Positions 8,280 through 17,530 of a stretch of DNA of 64,000 nt are shown one piece after another. Within the stretch, counting starts at the first letter, position 1; the number at the start of each line of letters is the position of its first letter. The notes under the pieces were generated by a model, which was not told the DNA's origin, ran no database searches, and saw nothing but the letters and a program-made list of their open reading frames with translations. Origin of the DNA: an uncultured Pseudomonadales bacterium (GTDB taxonomy: Bacteria; Patescibacteriota; Microgenomatia; UBA1400; PJMF01); the NCBI GenBank assembly GCA_964406075.1, contig CAYOQI010000002.1, positions 18,700 through 82,699 on the forward strand, read 5' to 3'. The position numbers were made by a program, and so were the translations under genes.

Positions 8280-10991
8280 TTATTTTTCTTCTTTAATTTG
8301 CTCCTGCCACTTGTACAACAAATCCAGAGCGGCTTTTGGCGAAAGTTCTACCAACTCCATTTTTTTTAAAGAATCACTCACCGTATCAGTAGTATAAGAA
8401 ACTTCCAACTCTCCAACTTTTGTCGGTGTAAAACGTGCAAAATCTTTTCTCAATTTTCGAGCACGAGTCAGTACGACAGGAGGTAAACCAGCTTGCTCAG
8501 CTACTTCTATTCCAAAACTTTGTTGTGAACTTCCTTTTTCCAACGTATGGAGAAAAATTAATTTCCCACGATGCAGTTTGACTAAAAACACACAATTCAC
8601 AATTTCTGGAATGTGCCCAGAAAGTTCAGCCAATTCATGATAATGCGTGGCAAAAAATACAAACGGATGTTCTGGAATTTGTACAGAATACTCAGCAATT
8701 GCTTGAGCTAAACTCATGCCATCCCCCATTCCAGTTCCTCGTCCTATTTCATCAAAAATGATTAAAGAGCGTGCAGTCACTTGATGCAATATCTTGGCAG
8801 TTTCCGTCATCTCAACCATGAAGGTAGATAATCCTTTGTGAAGTGCGTCTGAAGCTCCAATTCGAGAAAAAATTCGATCAGTCAATGGAATAACAGCTGA
8901 CTCGGCCGGTACAAAACAACCCATATGTGCCAGTAATACGATCAATGCAACTTGCCGGATGTAAGTCGATTTTCCGGCCATATTTGGCCCGGTTAATAAG
9001 AAAAATCTCTCTTTATCTGACATGTGTGTGGAGTTAGGCACAAAATCACTCCCGATAACTTGGGCCACAACTGGATGTCTCCCTTGCTCAATAGTCAGTA
9101 TTCGCTCTGAAGTCATCGTGGGACGAACATATTTCTGCTCCAAACTGACTTGAGCAAATGAAGAAATACAATCTATCTGAGCAATGGCTTTTGCCATGTT
9201 TTGAATGACAGAACTTTTTTTAACGATTTCTGCTGTTACCTGTTCAAATAATTCCAACTCCAATGCATCAATTCTTTCTTTGGCTGATAAAATTTTTTCC
9301 TCTTTGATTTTCAATTCATACGTAATGTACCGTTCAGCGTTCACCAAAGTCTGTTTACGTTGGTATTTAAATTCTTCTTTCACAAAACCTGATTGTGCTT
9401 TGCTAATTTCAATATAAAAACCGAATACGGAATTGAACCCTACTTTTAGATTGGAGATGCCTGTTCGTTCTCGCTCACTTTTTTCAAAAATTGTTAACCA
9501 GCTTGAAACACCATCATGCACTTCTCTCAGCGCATCTAACTCAACATGTTTTCCTAACTTGATCATTCCACCAATTTTGGTAATTCCAGGAGGATCATCA
9601 ATAATCCACTCAGAAATGTACTCTTGTAGACTTTGGGTAGAACCAGAAAGTGCCGTAAGCGAAGAGAAAAAAGGCACATCTTTTATCACTGTTAAACAGA
9701 GTTCAGCTTTCAATAAATTTTCTTTGAGCCCTACTAAATCTCGAGCCGTACCTAACCCAACCGCTAATTTACTGACTTGTCGCTCAATATCCGTAATTTC
9801 TTCCAGCAACTTTCGTAACTCTTTCAATTGACTTGGATGTGTCACACACCACTCAACTTGATCCAACCGATCTCGAATGGGAGATACAAACGCTAAAGGC
9901 CGTGCCAACCATTCCTTCAGCAATCGTGCGCCTAAAGGAGTCAATGTTTTATCAATGATCGATAACAAACTTCCTTGATACGATTTGTCCATGGTGGAAG
10001 TAAAAAGTTCCAAGCTATCAGAGGTGATCGCATCAATATGCAAATACTGAGTGTCAGTAATGACTTGAACTGACTGCAAGTGAGGAATGTCACCTCGTTG
10101 GGTATACATCAGATATCCAAGCAGGACACTTGCAGCTTGCTGAAGCAGTGGATCTTCTAAATCATAGCCCCTAAGTGATTGAACTGATAAATGTTGTCGA
10201 AGAAATTTTTCGGCATGTTGGGACCACCGATCCCATTCTGGAAAAGTTGAAATATTGCTAAAAAGATGTGAGGAAAACCGACCCAGTTTTTCTGGTGAAT
10301 TATATTCTTGTGGAGAAAGTAAAATTTCTTTCGGTCGAATCGCTGATAACTCATCAATCAAATTTTCATCGCTACATGGTTTAAGAAAAAACTGACCTGT
10401 GGCTAAGTCTGCATACCCAATTACACAATTTTTCCGTTGATGGACGACAATCGCGACATATGAGGATTCTCGCTCATTCACTACTTTTCCCTCAATCATC
10501 GTGCCAGCTGTCACAATACGAACAACCTTTCGTTCCACTAAATGTGGAGTGCTTTGCCCTTTCGTAATCCCAACTTGTCGGGACGAAGGAGGGCCTTGCC
10601 CTTCCGTAGCCTTGTGCGAAGGAGGGTCTTTGGGAGGAGTCACTTGCTCTGCAATCGCGACTCTATAACCGGCCTGCACCAACTTTGGTAAATACGTATC
10701 AACCGCATGATATGGCACTCCACACATCGGAATTGCACCATCTTTGCCGCGAGATCTGCGAGTCAAAGTAATTCCTAAAATGTGTGAACCTAATTTTGCA
10801 TCATCTAAAAATAATTCGTAAAAATCACCCAGTCGAAAAAAAAGGATGCAGTCGGGATATTGTTTTTTTAACTCAATGTACTGTTGCATCATCGGAGTTT
10901 GAAACTCCGGACGACTTTGATCCGCAGGAAGAAATACTTCTTTCTTATCTGGATCAATCGTCTTTTTCTGCTTCACCTTCATAGGATACAC
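8280..10991 (-). CDS. mutS: DNA mismatch repair protein MutS
   Basis: [30 protein letters not shown], Walker [11 protein letters not shown] and the C-terminal HTH region. It carries an extra G+C-rich loop insertion at 10539-10640. Confidence 0.95.
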   Translation of the reverse strand: MYPMKVKQKKTIDPDKKEVFLPADQSRPEFQTPMMQQYIELKKQYPDCILFFRLGDFYELFLDDAKLGSHILGITLTRRSRGKDGAIPMCGVPYHAVDTYLPKLVQAGYRVAIAEQVTPPKDPPSHKATEGQGPPSSRQVGITKGQSTPHLVERKVVRIVTAGTMIEGKVVNERESSYVAIVVHQRKNCVIGYADLATGQFFLKPCSDENLIDELSAIRPKEILLSPQEYNSPEKLGRFSSHLFSNISTFPEWDRWSQHAEKFLRQHLSVQSLRGYDLEDPLLQQAASVLLGYLMYTQRGDIPHLQSVQVITDTQYLHIDAITSDSLELFTSTMDKSYQGSLLSIIDKTLTPLGARLLKEWLARPLAFVSPIRDRLDQVEWCVTHPSQLKELRKLLEEITDIERQVSKLAVGLGTARDLVGLKENLLKAELCLTVIKDVPFFSSLTALSGSTQSLQEYISEWIIDDPPGITKIGGMIKLGKHVELDALREVHDGVSSWLTIFEKSERERTGISNLKVGFNSVFGFYIEISKAQSGFVKEEFKYQRKQTLVNAERYITYELKIKEEKILSAKERIDALELELFEQVTAEIVKKSSVIQNMAKAIAQIDCISSFAQVSLEQKYVRPTMTSERILTIEQGRHPVVAQVIGSDFVPNSTHMSDKERFFLLTGPNMAGKSTYIRQVALIVLLAHMGCFVPAESAVIPLTDRIFSRIGASDALHKGLSTFMVEMTETAKILHQVTARSLIIFDEIGRGTGMGDGMSLAQAIAEYSVQIPEHPFVFFATHYHELAELSGHIPEIVNCVFLVKLHRGKLIFLHTLEKGSSQQSFGIEVAEQAGLPPVVLTRARKLRKDFARFTPTKVGELEVSYTTDTVSDSLKKMELVELSPKAALDLLYKWQEQIKEEK

Positions 10992-11038
10992 AGCGTATCA
11001 GGAAGCAGAGATAAGGTAAAGATAAATGAGTAAAAATA

Positions 11039-11067
11039 AAAGACGCGGAGTTTCCTCCGCGTCTTTA
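11039..11067 (-). terminator. Rho-independent terminator after the GlsB/YeaQ-like gene
   Basis: AAGACGCGGAG / CTCCGCGTCTT stem with a TTTC loop. On the minus strand it is followed by TTTTATTTTT. Confidence 0.75.
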
Positions 11068-11095
11068 CCAAGTTTGGCTCTTTTTTCATTCAGGT

Positions 11096-11347
11096 TTATG
11101 AACGAGCGAGTTGACGTCCCATCCAAATGAGTAAGATTGCACCAATGGTGGAAACAATCAAACTATATAAATTGAGACCGGTAACACCGCTCTCACCAAG
11201 GAGATTCATCAAGAAGCCTCCTCCAATTGCACCTACAATTCCAAGGAGTACATCTGTAACAAAACCTTGTTGTGAATTAGTTTTCATAACGATTGAAGCA
11301 ATCCATCCCGCTAAGAAACCAAGGATGATCCAAGCTAAAATTCCCAT
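11096..11347 (-). CDS. GlsB/YeaQ/YmgE family (transglycosylase-associated) membrane protein
   Basis: MGILAWIILGFLAGWIASIVM...GIVGAIGGGFLMNLLG, 83 aa. Confidence 0.85.
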   Translation of the reverse strand: MGILAWIILGFLAGWIASIVMKTNSQQGFVTDVLLGIVGAIGGGFLMNLLGESGVTGLNLYSLIVSTIGAILLIWMGRQLARS

Positions 11348-11455
11348 GGTATCCCCTTTCTGTTGAGTTAAGTATTAATATGTGAAGTATGACCTGAGTG
11401 AGAGTGAATAAAACGAAGGATATGTAAGAAGTACGTAAACGTTGAAGTATAATGA

Positions 11456-11674
11456 ATGAGATATATGAATAACTCACTTAATCCAGCCGACAAACCAATT
11501 GACCTGGAGCATGATATAAAAAATCATTTAACAGTCATTCTGTCTTATGCCAACTTACTTGAAATGTGGAAAAAAAGTCCCGCACAAGATCCGGAAAAAT
11601 TTGAAAAATATATAGGAATCATTAAACAACGAGTGGAAACACTAACTGCTTTAAGTGAACAAATCCCTGATTAA
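11456..11674 (+). CDS. Stand-alone HisKA/DHp-like mini-protein (72 aa)
   Basis: An H-box-like segment LEHDIKNHLTVILSYANLLEM is followed by a second helix, with no sensor or ATPase domain. A TATAAT box at 11447-11452 directly precedes the two candidate ATGs (11456, 11465). Confidence 0.55.
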   Translation: MRYMNNSLNPADKPIDLEHDIKNHLTVILSYANLLEMWKKSPAQDPEKFEKYIGIIKQRVETLTALSEQIPD

Positions 11675-11695
11675 ATTGTGGTGAATCTTCACCAA

Positions 11696-12373
11696 TTACT
11701 CTGTTTTTAAAACATATCCAAATCCTCGAATGGAATGAATAAGTTTCGCTTGAGCGTTGGCTTCCAATTTTTTTCGCAGATATCCAATATACACATCAAC
11801 AACTCTTGACTCCACATCGGGACTATATGACCACACATTGCTGAGAATCATCTCACGAGTGATGACTCGTCCCTGATTGAGAAGTAAGTAGTGAAGCAAA
11901 GTGTACTCCGTATGAGTCAGAGGGATTTTCTTACCTGCTCGACTCACTTCAAACGTTTGAGTGTTCATCTCTAAATCACCGATACTTAATACAGCATTAT
12001 TTTCTGGAGAACGAAGACGAGTTTGAACACGAGCAATTAATTCTTCCGCATGAAATGGTTTTGTGATGTAGTCATCAGCCCCATTCTGCAATCCTGCTAC
12101 TATGTCTTCCGTTTTATTTTTTGCCGTCAACATAATAATTGGAATGTGGGGGTACTTACTTTTTATATGTTGGCAGACCGTTTCCCCATCTATATCAGGA
12201 AGAGTCAGATCAAGAACAACTAAGCTTGGACGAATCTCATCGACCAACTTCAACGCTTTGCTTCCTTGATGTGCGGCATGCACTGTATAACGCTGAGAAG
12301 TTAATACTTCTTGTATATAGGTCGAGAGATCTTTATCATCTTCGACTATTAAGATTGTTGGAAATACACTCAT
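11696..12373 (-). CDS. OmpR/PhoB-family response regulator
   Basis: A receiver domain (ILIVEDDKDL...VVLDLTLPDIDG...LTAK) plus a winged-helix C-terminus (LTHTEYTLLHYLLLNQGRVITREMIL...VDVYIGYLRKKL). Confidence 0.92.
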   Translation of the reverse strand: MSVFPTILIVEDDKDLSTYIQEVLTSQRYTVHAAHQGSKALKLVDEIRPSLVVLDLTLPDIDGETVCQHIKSKYPHIPIIMLTAKNKTEDIVAGLQNGADDYITKPFHAEELIARVQTRLRSPENNAVLSIGDLEMNTQTFEVSRAGKKIPLTHTEYTLLHYLLLNQGRVITREMILSNVWSYSPDVESRVVDVYIGYLRKKLEANAQAKLIHSIRGFGYVLKTE

Positions 12374-12605
12374 AGATACCTCAATTCATTTTTTTTACTA
12401 TACCACCTTACAAATAAAATCCTATAGTTTTTTCCTGATTCTGACTCTTGTTTTACCTTTTTCTTACAAAACTTCGTAAAATCACTGCAAACATCTGGAT
12501 TCACTCTTCTTTCCTTCTTCTCACACAACTCCGAATAGTTCTTGATAACTACCAACTACTATCTAAACAATTAATATATGGTCTATCCCACCAAAGAAAG
12601 GAAGC

Positions 12606-12929
12606 ATGCCTACAACAAATGCAAAATCATCCCACAATCAAACAGTAATGGCTGGAATAACAGGGGCAGCCATCGGAGCAGCAGTCGCAACAACAGCAGC
12701 CATTTTGAGCAATGATGAAAAAAGACAGCAAATGAAAAGTGCTGTAAAAGCGGTAACAAATAAATTAAATGAACTTGCTGACAAAGCTCAACCAGTTATT
12801 CAAAACATGAAAGATCAAACGCAAGACGCCGCGAAGAAAGTTGCTAAACCAGTAAAAAAGAACCTTCCTGAAATAAAAGAAAAAGCCGAAAAAGCAAAAC
12901 AAGAAGTCAAAAAGAACACGAAAGTGTAA
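12606..12929 (+). CDS. YtxH-like Lys-rich protein
   Basis: A Gly/Ala-rich hydrophobic N-segment (MAGITGAAIGAAVATTAAIL) is followed by a Lys/Gln-rich helical tail. An AAAGGAAG RBS is present. Confidence 0.55.
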   Translation: MPTTNAKSSHNQTVMAGITGAAIGAAVATTAAILSNDEKRQQMKSAVKAVTNKLNELADKAQPVIQNMKDQTQDAAKKVAKPVKKNLPEIKEKAEKAKQEVKKNTKV

Positions 12930-13066
12930 CTTAATTGAAGAATCGAAAAAAAACGAGTAAGAAAACTGTAAGAATTCGTGACAAAACTTCATCTTCACTA
13001 GACAATGTAAAGTGCGGTTGATCAATATACAGACAAAATTTCTTTTATACGAAGTTTTCGCTACAG

Positions 13067-13097
13067 ATGCCCCGCTTTTTTCGGGGCATTTGTGTTG
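13067..13097 (+). terminator. Rho-independent terminator or attenuator just upstream of the kinase gene
   Basis: ATGCCCCG(13067-13074)/CGGGGCAT(13082-13089) followed by TTTGTGTT. It ends only about 10 nt before the ATG at 13105. Confidence 0.65.
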
Positions 13098-13104
13098 AAG
13101 CATT

Positions 13105-15504
13105 ATGCAGTTTGATACCACAGACCATCTAGAAAGTTTCTTCCTCCTCTCCCCTGTAGGGTTTGCTGTTGTTGATGAGAAATTTCGATTTCTTTGGGTA
13201 AACAACGCCTTCGCAGAAATGAATGCCCAACAGATCTCAGCGCATGAAGGGAAATCTGTCGAAGAAATTTTAGGTAAAACGGTATGGCAAACATTGAAAC
13301 CCTTTTACCAAAAAGCGTATAAAGGTGAAACATTCAGAGACATTTCCATTAGTAGTAAAGTACTTAAAAAAACTCAAAAATCGCGACATTTTCTCGTTAC
13401 CCTTTATCCCTTAAAAGAAAAAAATACCATCTCCAAAGTCGGTTGCTTAATTCAAGATGTGACTGAACAGAAACGCTCGGAAGAAGATCTCCATTCAATC
13501 AAAGACCGACTAGAATTTGCCCAAGAATCAGCAGCAATTGGTAGCTTTGAGTGGGATTTTCAAACTGGAAACATTTGGTGGTCTCCTGAAGAAGCCAAAC
13601 TACTTGGTTATCCTGAGGAAACATCCCAATCTCACATTTCTGAGTTGGAAAAAATTATTCATCCGGATGATGTTGATCAAGTAATGAATCAGATGAATAC
13701 AATTAAAAAAAACCTTTCATATTTTGAATCTGAATTTAGGATCATTCGTCCTGACAAAGCCATTCGGTGGATTAAAGGCAAAGCAAAGGTGTATCGAAAT
13801 ACTAAAAATGAAATTGTCAAAATCATTGGAGTAAATTACGACATTACGAATAGAAAGAGAAATGAGGAAATACTTCAATTCAAAGCGGAGATGAGTCAAA
13901 TTCTTTCTCGCTCGCTTGACTACGATACGATTGTTAACTCACTTTCAAAAATTGCTGTGAAGTACGTCGCCGATTGGTGTGCAATTGATATACTTTCTCC
14001 TCAAAATACATTAGAACTAGTCGCAGTCGCACACAAAGATCCAAAAAAGGTGAAGTGGGCAAAAAAATTACGAGTCGAATTTCCACCTGATCTCACTGAA
14101 CCACATGGTGTCGCTCAAGTTATTCGAACTGGAATTCCTGAATTTTATCCTGAAATCACGAAGGAAGTGATACTTGCAGCGGCCAAAAGCCAGCGTGAAC
14201 TCGATATCATTGAGAAAGTCGGTTTTACTTCCGTCATCATTGTGCCACTGATTATAAAAGGAAAACCAATTGGTGCAATTTCTTTGATAACAGCTGAATC
14301 AAAACGAAGATATGACAACTCAGATTTTGAGATGGCCAAAGAGTTGTCTTATCATGCATCGTTTGCCATTGAAAATGTCACTCTGTACAACGAAGTCAAA
14401 AGAGAACAAGGAAGATTAGAAAATCTTCTTAAAAATGTTCCCGGTGTAGTGTGGGAGGCGTATGGTGTTCCAGATCATTCAGAGCAGGAAATCAATTTTG
14501 TGAGTGAATATGTGGAACACATGCTCGGTTACACCGTCAATGAGTGGCTATCTACTCCAAATTTCTGGCTCCACATTGTTCATCCTGATGATAGAAAACG
14601 TGCAGGTGATGAATCAGTCGCAATTTTTAACAGCGGTGAAAGAGGTGTCAGTCGGTTTAGATGGATCAAAAAAGACGGCAAAGCATTGTGGATAGAGTCA
14701 CATTCATACGTCATTACGAATAGTAATGGAGAGCCAATTGGAATGCGTGGCGTCAGCATGGATATTTCTGATCGAGTAGAAATCGAAAGAAGAAAAGATG
14801 AGTTTATTTCAATTGCCAGTCATGAATTGAAAACACCAGTCACAAGTATCAAAGTTTTTACCCAAGTACTTCAGTCCATGTATGAAAAAGGCAAATACGA
14901 CCAAACTGGGAAGTACTTGCAAAAAATGGACAACCAAATACAAAAACTTACCAATCTAATTGCAGACTTATTAAATGTTTCAAAAATTCAAGCTGGGAAA
15001 ATTGAATTCAGAAAAGATTGGTTTGATTTAACTCACCTTATCAAAGATACCGTAGAGACTTTACAAGCGATCACCGGTCAAAAGATTAAATTTCAACAAA
15101 AAGAGTCATTAAAAGTTTGGGGTGACGAGGATCGAATTGGACAGGTCTTGGTAAATCTTATTTCAAATGCAATTAAGTATTCACCCGATGAAAGCACCGT
15201 GGTAATTAGCACCGAAAAAAATGGCTCACAAACTATCGTCCATATTCAAGACTTTGGCATGGGAATTGCCTCAGAACATCAGGATAAAATATTTGATCGG
15301 TTTTACAGAGTATTCGACGCGACAGATCGAACGTTTCCTGGATTAGGTATGGGACTATATATTAGCTATTACATTATTTCTCATCATGATGGAAAAATTT
15401 GGGTGAAAAGCGAAGTAGGAGAGGGCTCAGTCTTTTCCTTTAGCCTTCCAAACTCACCTGATAAAACAAGTAAAATGAGAAAAAGAATGAAGCGAATAAC
15501 ATAA
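13105..15504 (+). CDS. Cytoplasmic multi-sensor histidine kinase (PAS-PAS-GAF-PAS-HisKA-HATPase)
   Basis: There is no TM segment. Repeated PAS/PAC-like blocks are present (IRWIKGKAKVY.., FRWIKKDGKALWIE). The H-box is FISIASHELKTPVTSI, and the N/G boxes are LVNLISNAIKYSP and GLGMGLYIS. Confidence 0.92.
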   Translation: MQFDTTDHLESFFLLSPVGFAVVDEKFRFLWVNNAFAEMNAQQISAHEGKSVEEILGKTVWQTLKPFYQKAYKGETFRDISISSKVLKKTQKSRHFLVTLYPLKEKNTISKVGCLIQDVTEQKRSEEDLHSIKDRLEFAQESAAIGSFEWDFQTGNIWWSPEEAKLLGYPEETSQSHISELEKIIHPDDVDQVMNQMNTIKKNLSYFESEFRIIRPDKAIRWIKGKAKVYRNTKNEIVKIIGVNYDITNRKRNEEILQFKAEMSQILSRSLDYDTIVNSLSKIAVKYVADWCAIDILSPQNTLELVAVAHKDPKKVKWAKKLRVEFPPDLTEPHGVAQVIRTGIPEFYPEITKEVILAAAKSQRELDIIEKVGFTSVIIVPLIIKGKPIGAISLITAESKRRYDNSDFEMAKELSYHASFAIENVTLYNEVKREQGRLENLLKNVPGVVWEAYGVPDHSEQEINFVSEYVEHMLGYTVNEWLSTPNFWLHIVHPDDRKRAGDESVAIFNSGERGVSRFRWIKKDGKALWIESHSYVITNSNGEPIGMRGVSMDISDRVEIERRKDEFISIASHELKTPVTSIKVFTQVLQSMYEKGKYDQTGKYLQKMDNQIQKLTNLIADLLNVSKIQAGKIEFRKDWFDLTHLIKDTVETLQAITGQKIKFQQKESLKVWGDEDRIGQVLVNLISNAIKYSPDESTVVISTEKNGSQTIVHIQDFGMGIASEHQDKIFDRFYRVFDATDRTFPGLGMGLYISYYIISHHDGKIWVKSEVGEGSVFSFSLPNSPDKTSKMRKRMKRIT

Positions 15505-15512
15505 AGGAAACT

Positions 15513-15875
15513 ATGAATAAAAAAATATTAATCATTGATGACGATGAAGCAATTGTTGACGCCATTACGGCAGCGTTAGAGTTGAAGGAATATCAAGTCA
15601 TTGGACTTGGAGATGCCAAAGAAGCAGTCACTGTTGCACAAAATGTGCGACCAGATCTCATTTTGCTTGACTTTCTTCTGTCTGGAACAGATGGGAAAAC
15701 GGTCGCTCTTGAAATAAAAAAACATGCCGAGTTAAAAGATATCCCTATCATTATGTTATCTGCCCATCCAAACGCAAATGATTATGCACGTGAAGCTCAA
15801 GCGAATGACTTTCTTCCGAAACCTTTTGATCTTAATCAATTGTGGAATGCCGTGGAAAAACAACTTTCAAAATAA
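15513..15875 (+). CDS. Single-domain (CheY-like) response regulator
   Basis: KILIIDDDEAIVD...LILLDFLLSGTDG...MLSAHP, 120 aa with no output domain. Confidence 0.9.
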   Translation: MNKKILIIDDDEAIVDAITAALELKEYQVIGLGDAKEAVTVAQNVRPDLILLDFLLSGTDGKTVALEIKKHAELKDIPIIMLSAHPNANDYAREAQANDFLPKPFDLNQLWNAVEKQLSK

Positions 15876-15994
15876 TTCTTACTATCTTCTTTCGTATTCC
15901 GCATAACTTCATCATTTATTTTAATTAATATTATGCATAAGTGAAAAAGATACGATTAGTAGTTCTACACACATATTGAAAGAGACAAAATAAA

Positions 15995-16495
15995 ATGGCC
16001 AGAATAACCAACAATCCAACCCAAAAACCTGTGCCTCTTCCTCCTCCAGTCATAGAAACGCCTGAAGATCAAAGTCGGAAATTGGATCAATTAGCAGAAG
16101 TAGATAATAAAGCACTTTTTACCTGTTCCACCGTATTTCCATTTTCGATTTTCCCAACCACACTCATAGTCGATCGAAATAAAGTGACTGTCAGAGAATA
16201 CTTTTTCTTTGGATCTCGCCAACTTCAAACGTTTCTTATACAAGATGTGATGAATATTTTAGTTGCCGAATCTTTGCTTTTTGCATCAATCCAACTCGTG
16301 CATAGCCGTTTCCCTGATGAAAAAATTGATATTCATAATTTAACAAAAGCCGATGCTCGAAAATTTCGTTTGATTGTCCAAGGACTCATGGTTGCTGATA
16401 AACAAGGGCTAAATTTAACTACCATTCCGTACGATGAACTTGTTCCCAAAATCGAACAAGTTGGAAAAACTGCATCTTCACATTCTCCCGCATAG
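15995..16495 (+). CDS. Hypothetical protein
   Basis: A 166-aa ORF with coding-like composition, following the two-component genes. No motif recognised. Confidence 0.5.
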   Translation: MARITNNPTQKPVPLPPPVIETPEDQSRKLDQLAEVDNKALFTCSTVFPFSIFPTTLIVDRNKVTVREYFFFGSRQLQTFLIQDVMNILVAESLLFASIQLVHSRFPDEKIDIHNLTKADARKFRLIVQGLMVADKQGLNLTTIPYDELVPKIEQVGKTASSHSPA

Positions 16496-16662
16496 TTCAT
16501 TCCTTACGAACTGTTTACTAATCTCAACTCATTCTTTCATTTTTAATTGAAATACTTAGACTAATATTTTTATATCAACAAGGGACATATGAAAAATTCA
16601 CTGTACCTTAAACTGGAAAAAAAAGTGTTTATATCCTTAGGAAAATTAATTTCTTCACTCAT

Positions 16663-16678
16663 ACTGTAAATTTACAGT
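16663..16678. promoter_or_regulatory. Perfect 16-bp palindrome, candidate operator
   Basis: ACTGTAAATTTACAGT (CTGT-N6-ACAG core) in the 320-nt gap upstream of truB. Confidence 0.35.
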
Positions 16679-16814
16679 CACATCCTTGGTATAAACATTT
16701 CTCCCCTTTTTCGTCTTAACTTTTCACCTTCTGTAGTTGTTCTTAATGAATTGCACTCAGTGTATAACTATATGATAATTACCCGATCAGTCAGAAAAAG
16801 GATAAAGGCTATTT

Positions 16815-17468
16815 ATGATAGTTGCCATTTGGAAACCTAGTGGGCCGACTTCATTCCAAATTATTTATCAGCTTCGAGAAATTACTGGTGAAAAAAGAAT
16901 TGGTCATGCAGGAACTTTAGATCCCTTAGCCTCTGGCGTATTAATTATTGGAATTGGGCGTGAGAGTACTAAACAATTAGATACCTTCATGCACCAAGAC
17001 AAAGCCTATACCGCAACGCTTGTGTTGGGAAAAACAAGTTCTACAGATGATTCTGAAGGTGAGATTAAAGATTTTAATCTTGATATTCATCCAACTGTTC
17101 AACAAGTTCAGGCGGTTATCTCTGACTTCATCGGAGATATTCAACAAATCCCACCTATTTTTAGTGCGATAAAAATCAAAGGCAAAAATTCGTATGAGTT
17201 AGCAAGAAAAGGGAAAGCCGTAGAATTAAAATCTCGACAAGTTTCGATTTACTCAATTAAAATAATCACGTACAACTACCCTTCGCTTCAAATATCCGTG
17301 GAATGTGGCAAAGGCACATATATTCGGTCATTGGCGAGAGATATTGGAGATAAATTAAAAACTGGAGCACACATAACTCAATTAACTCGCACAAAAGTCG
17401 GTAACTATTCCGAACAAAATTCTTTAACGCTAGAACAATTCAAACAGTTTTGGATCAAACAACAATAA
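16815..17468 (+). CDS. truB: tRNA pseudouridine(55) synthase
   Basis: GHAGTLDPLASGVLIIGIG catalytic motif and the expected size. Confidence 0.92.
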   Translation: MIVAIWKPSGPTSFQIIYQLREITGEKRIGHAGTLDPLASGVLIIGIGRESTKQLDTFMHQDKAYTATLVLGKTSSTDDSEGEIKDFNLDIHPTVQQVQAVISDFIGDIQQIPPIFSAIKIKGKNSYELARKGKAVELKSRQVSIYSIKIITYNYPSLQISVECGKGTYIRSLARDIGDKLKTGAHITQLTRTKVGNYSEQNSLTLEQFKQFWIKQQ

Positions 17469-17530
17469 ACTAAGCTATTCCTTCTACTCTCTTGTACAAT
17501 CAAAGAACTTGCACAGTTTGGGAAAGTTTT

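Noticed and set aside
12765-13333. Minus-strand ORFs 12765..13205 (146 aa) and 13103..13333 (76 aa)
   Set aside because: They run antisense across the YtxH-like gene, an intrinsic terminator and the kinase start. Their composition is Phe/Cys-rich and they have no RBS.
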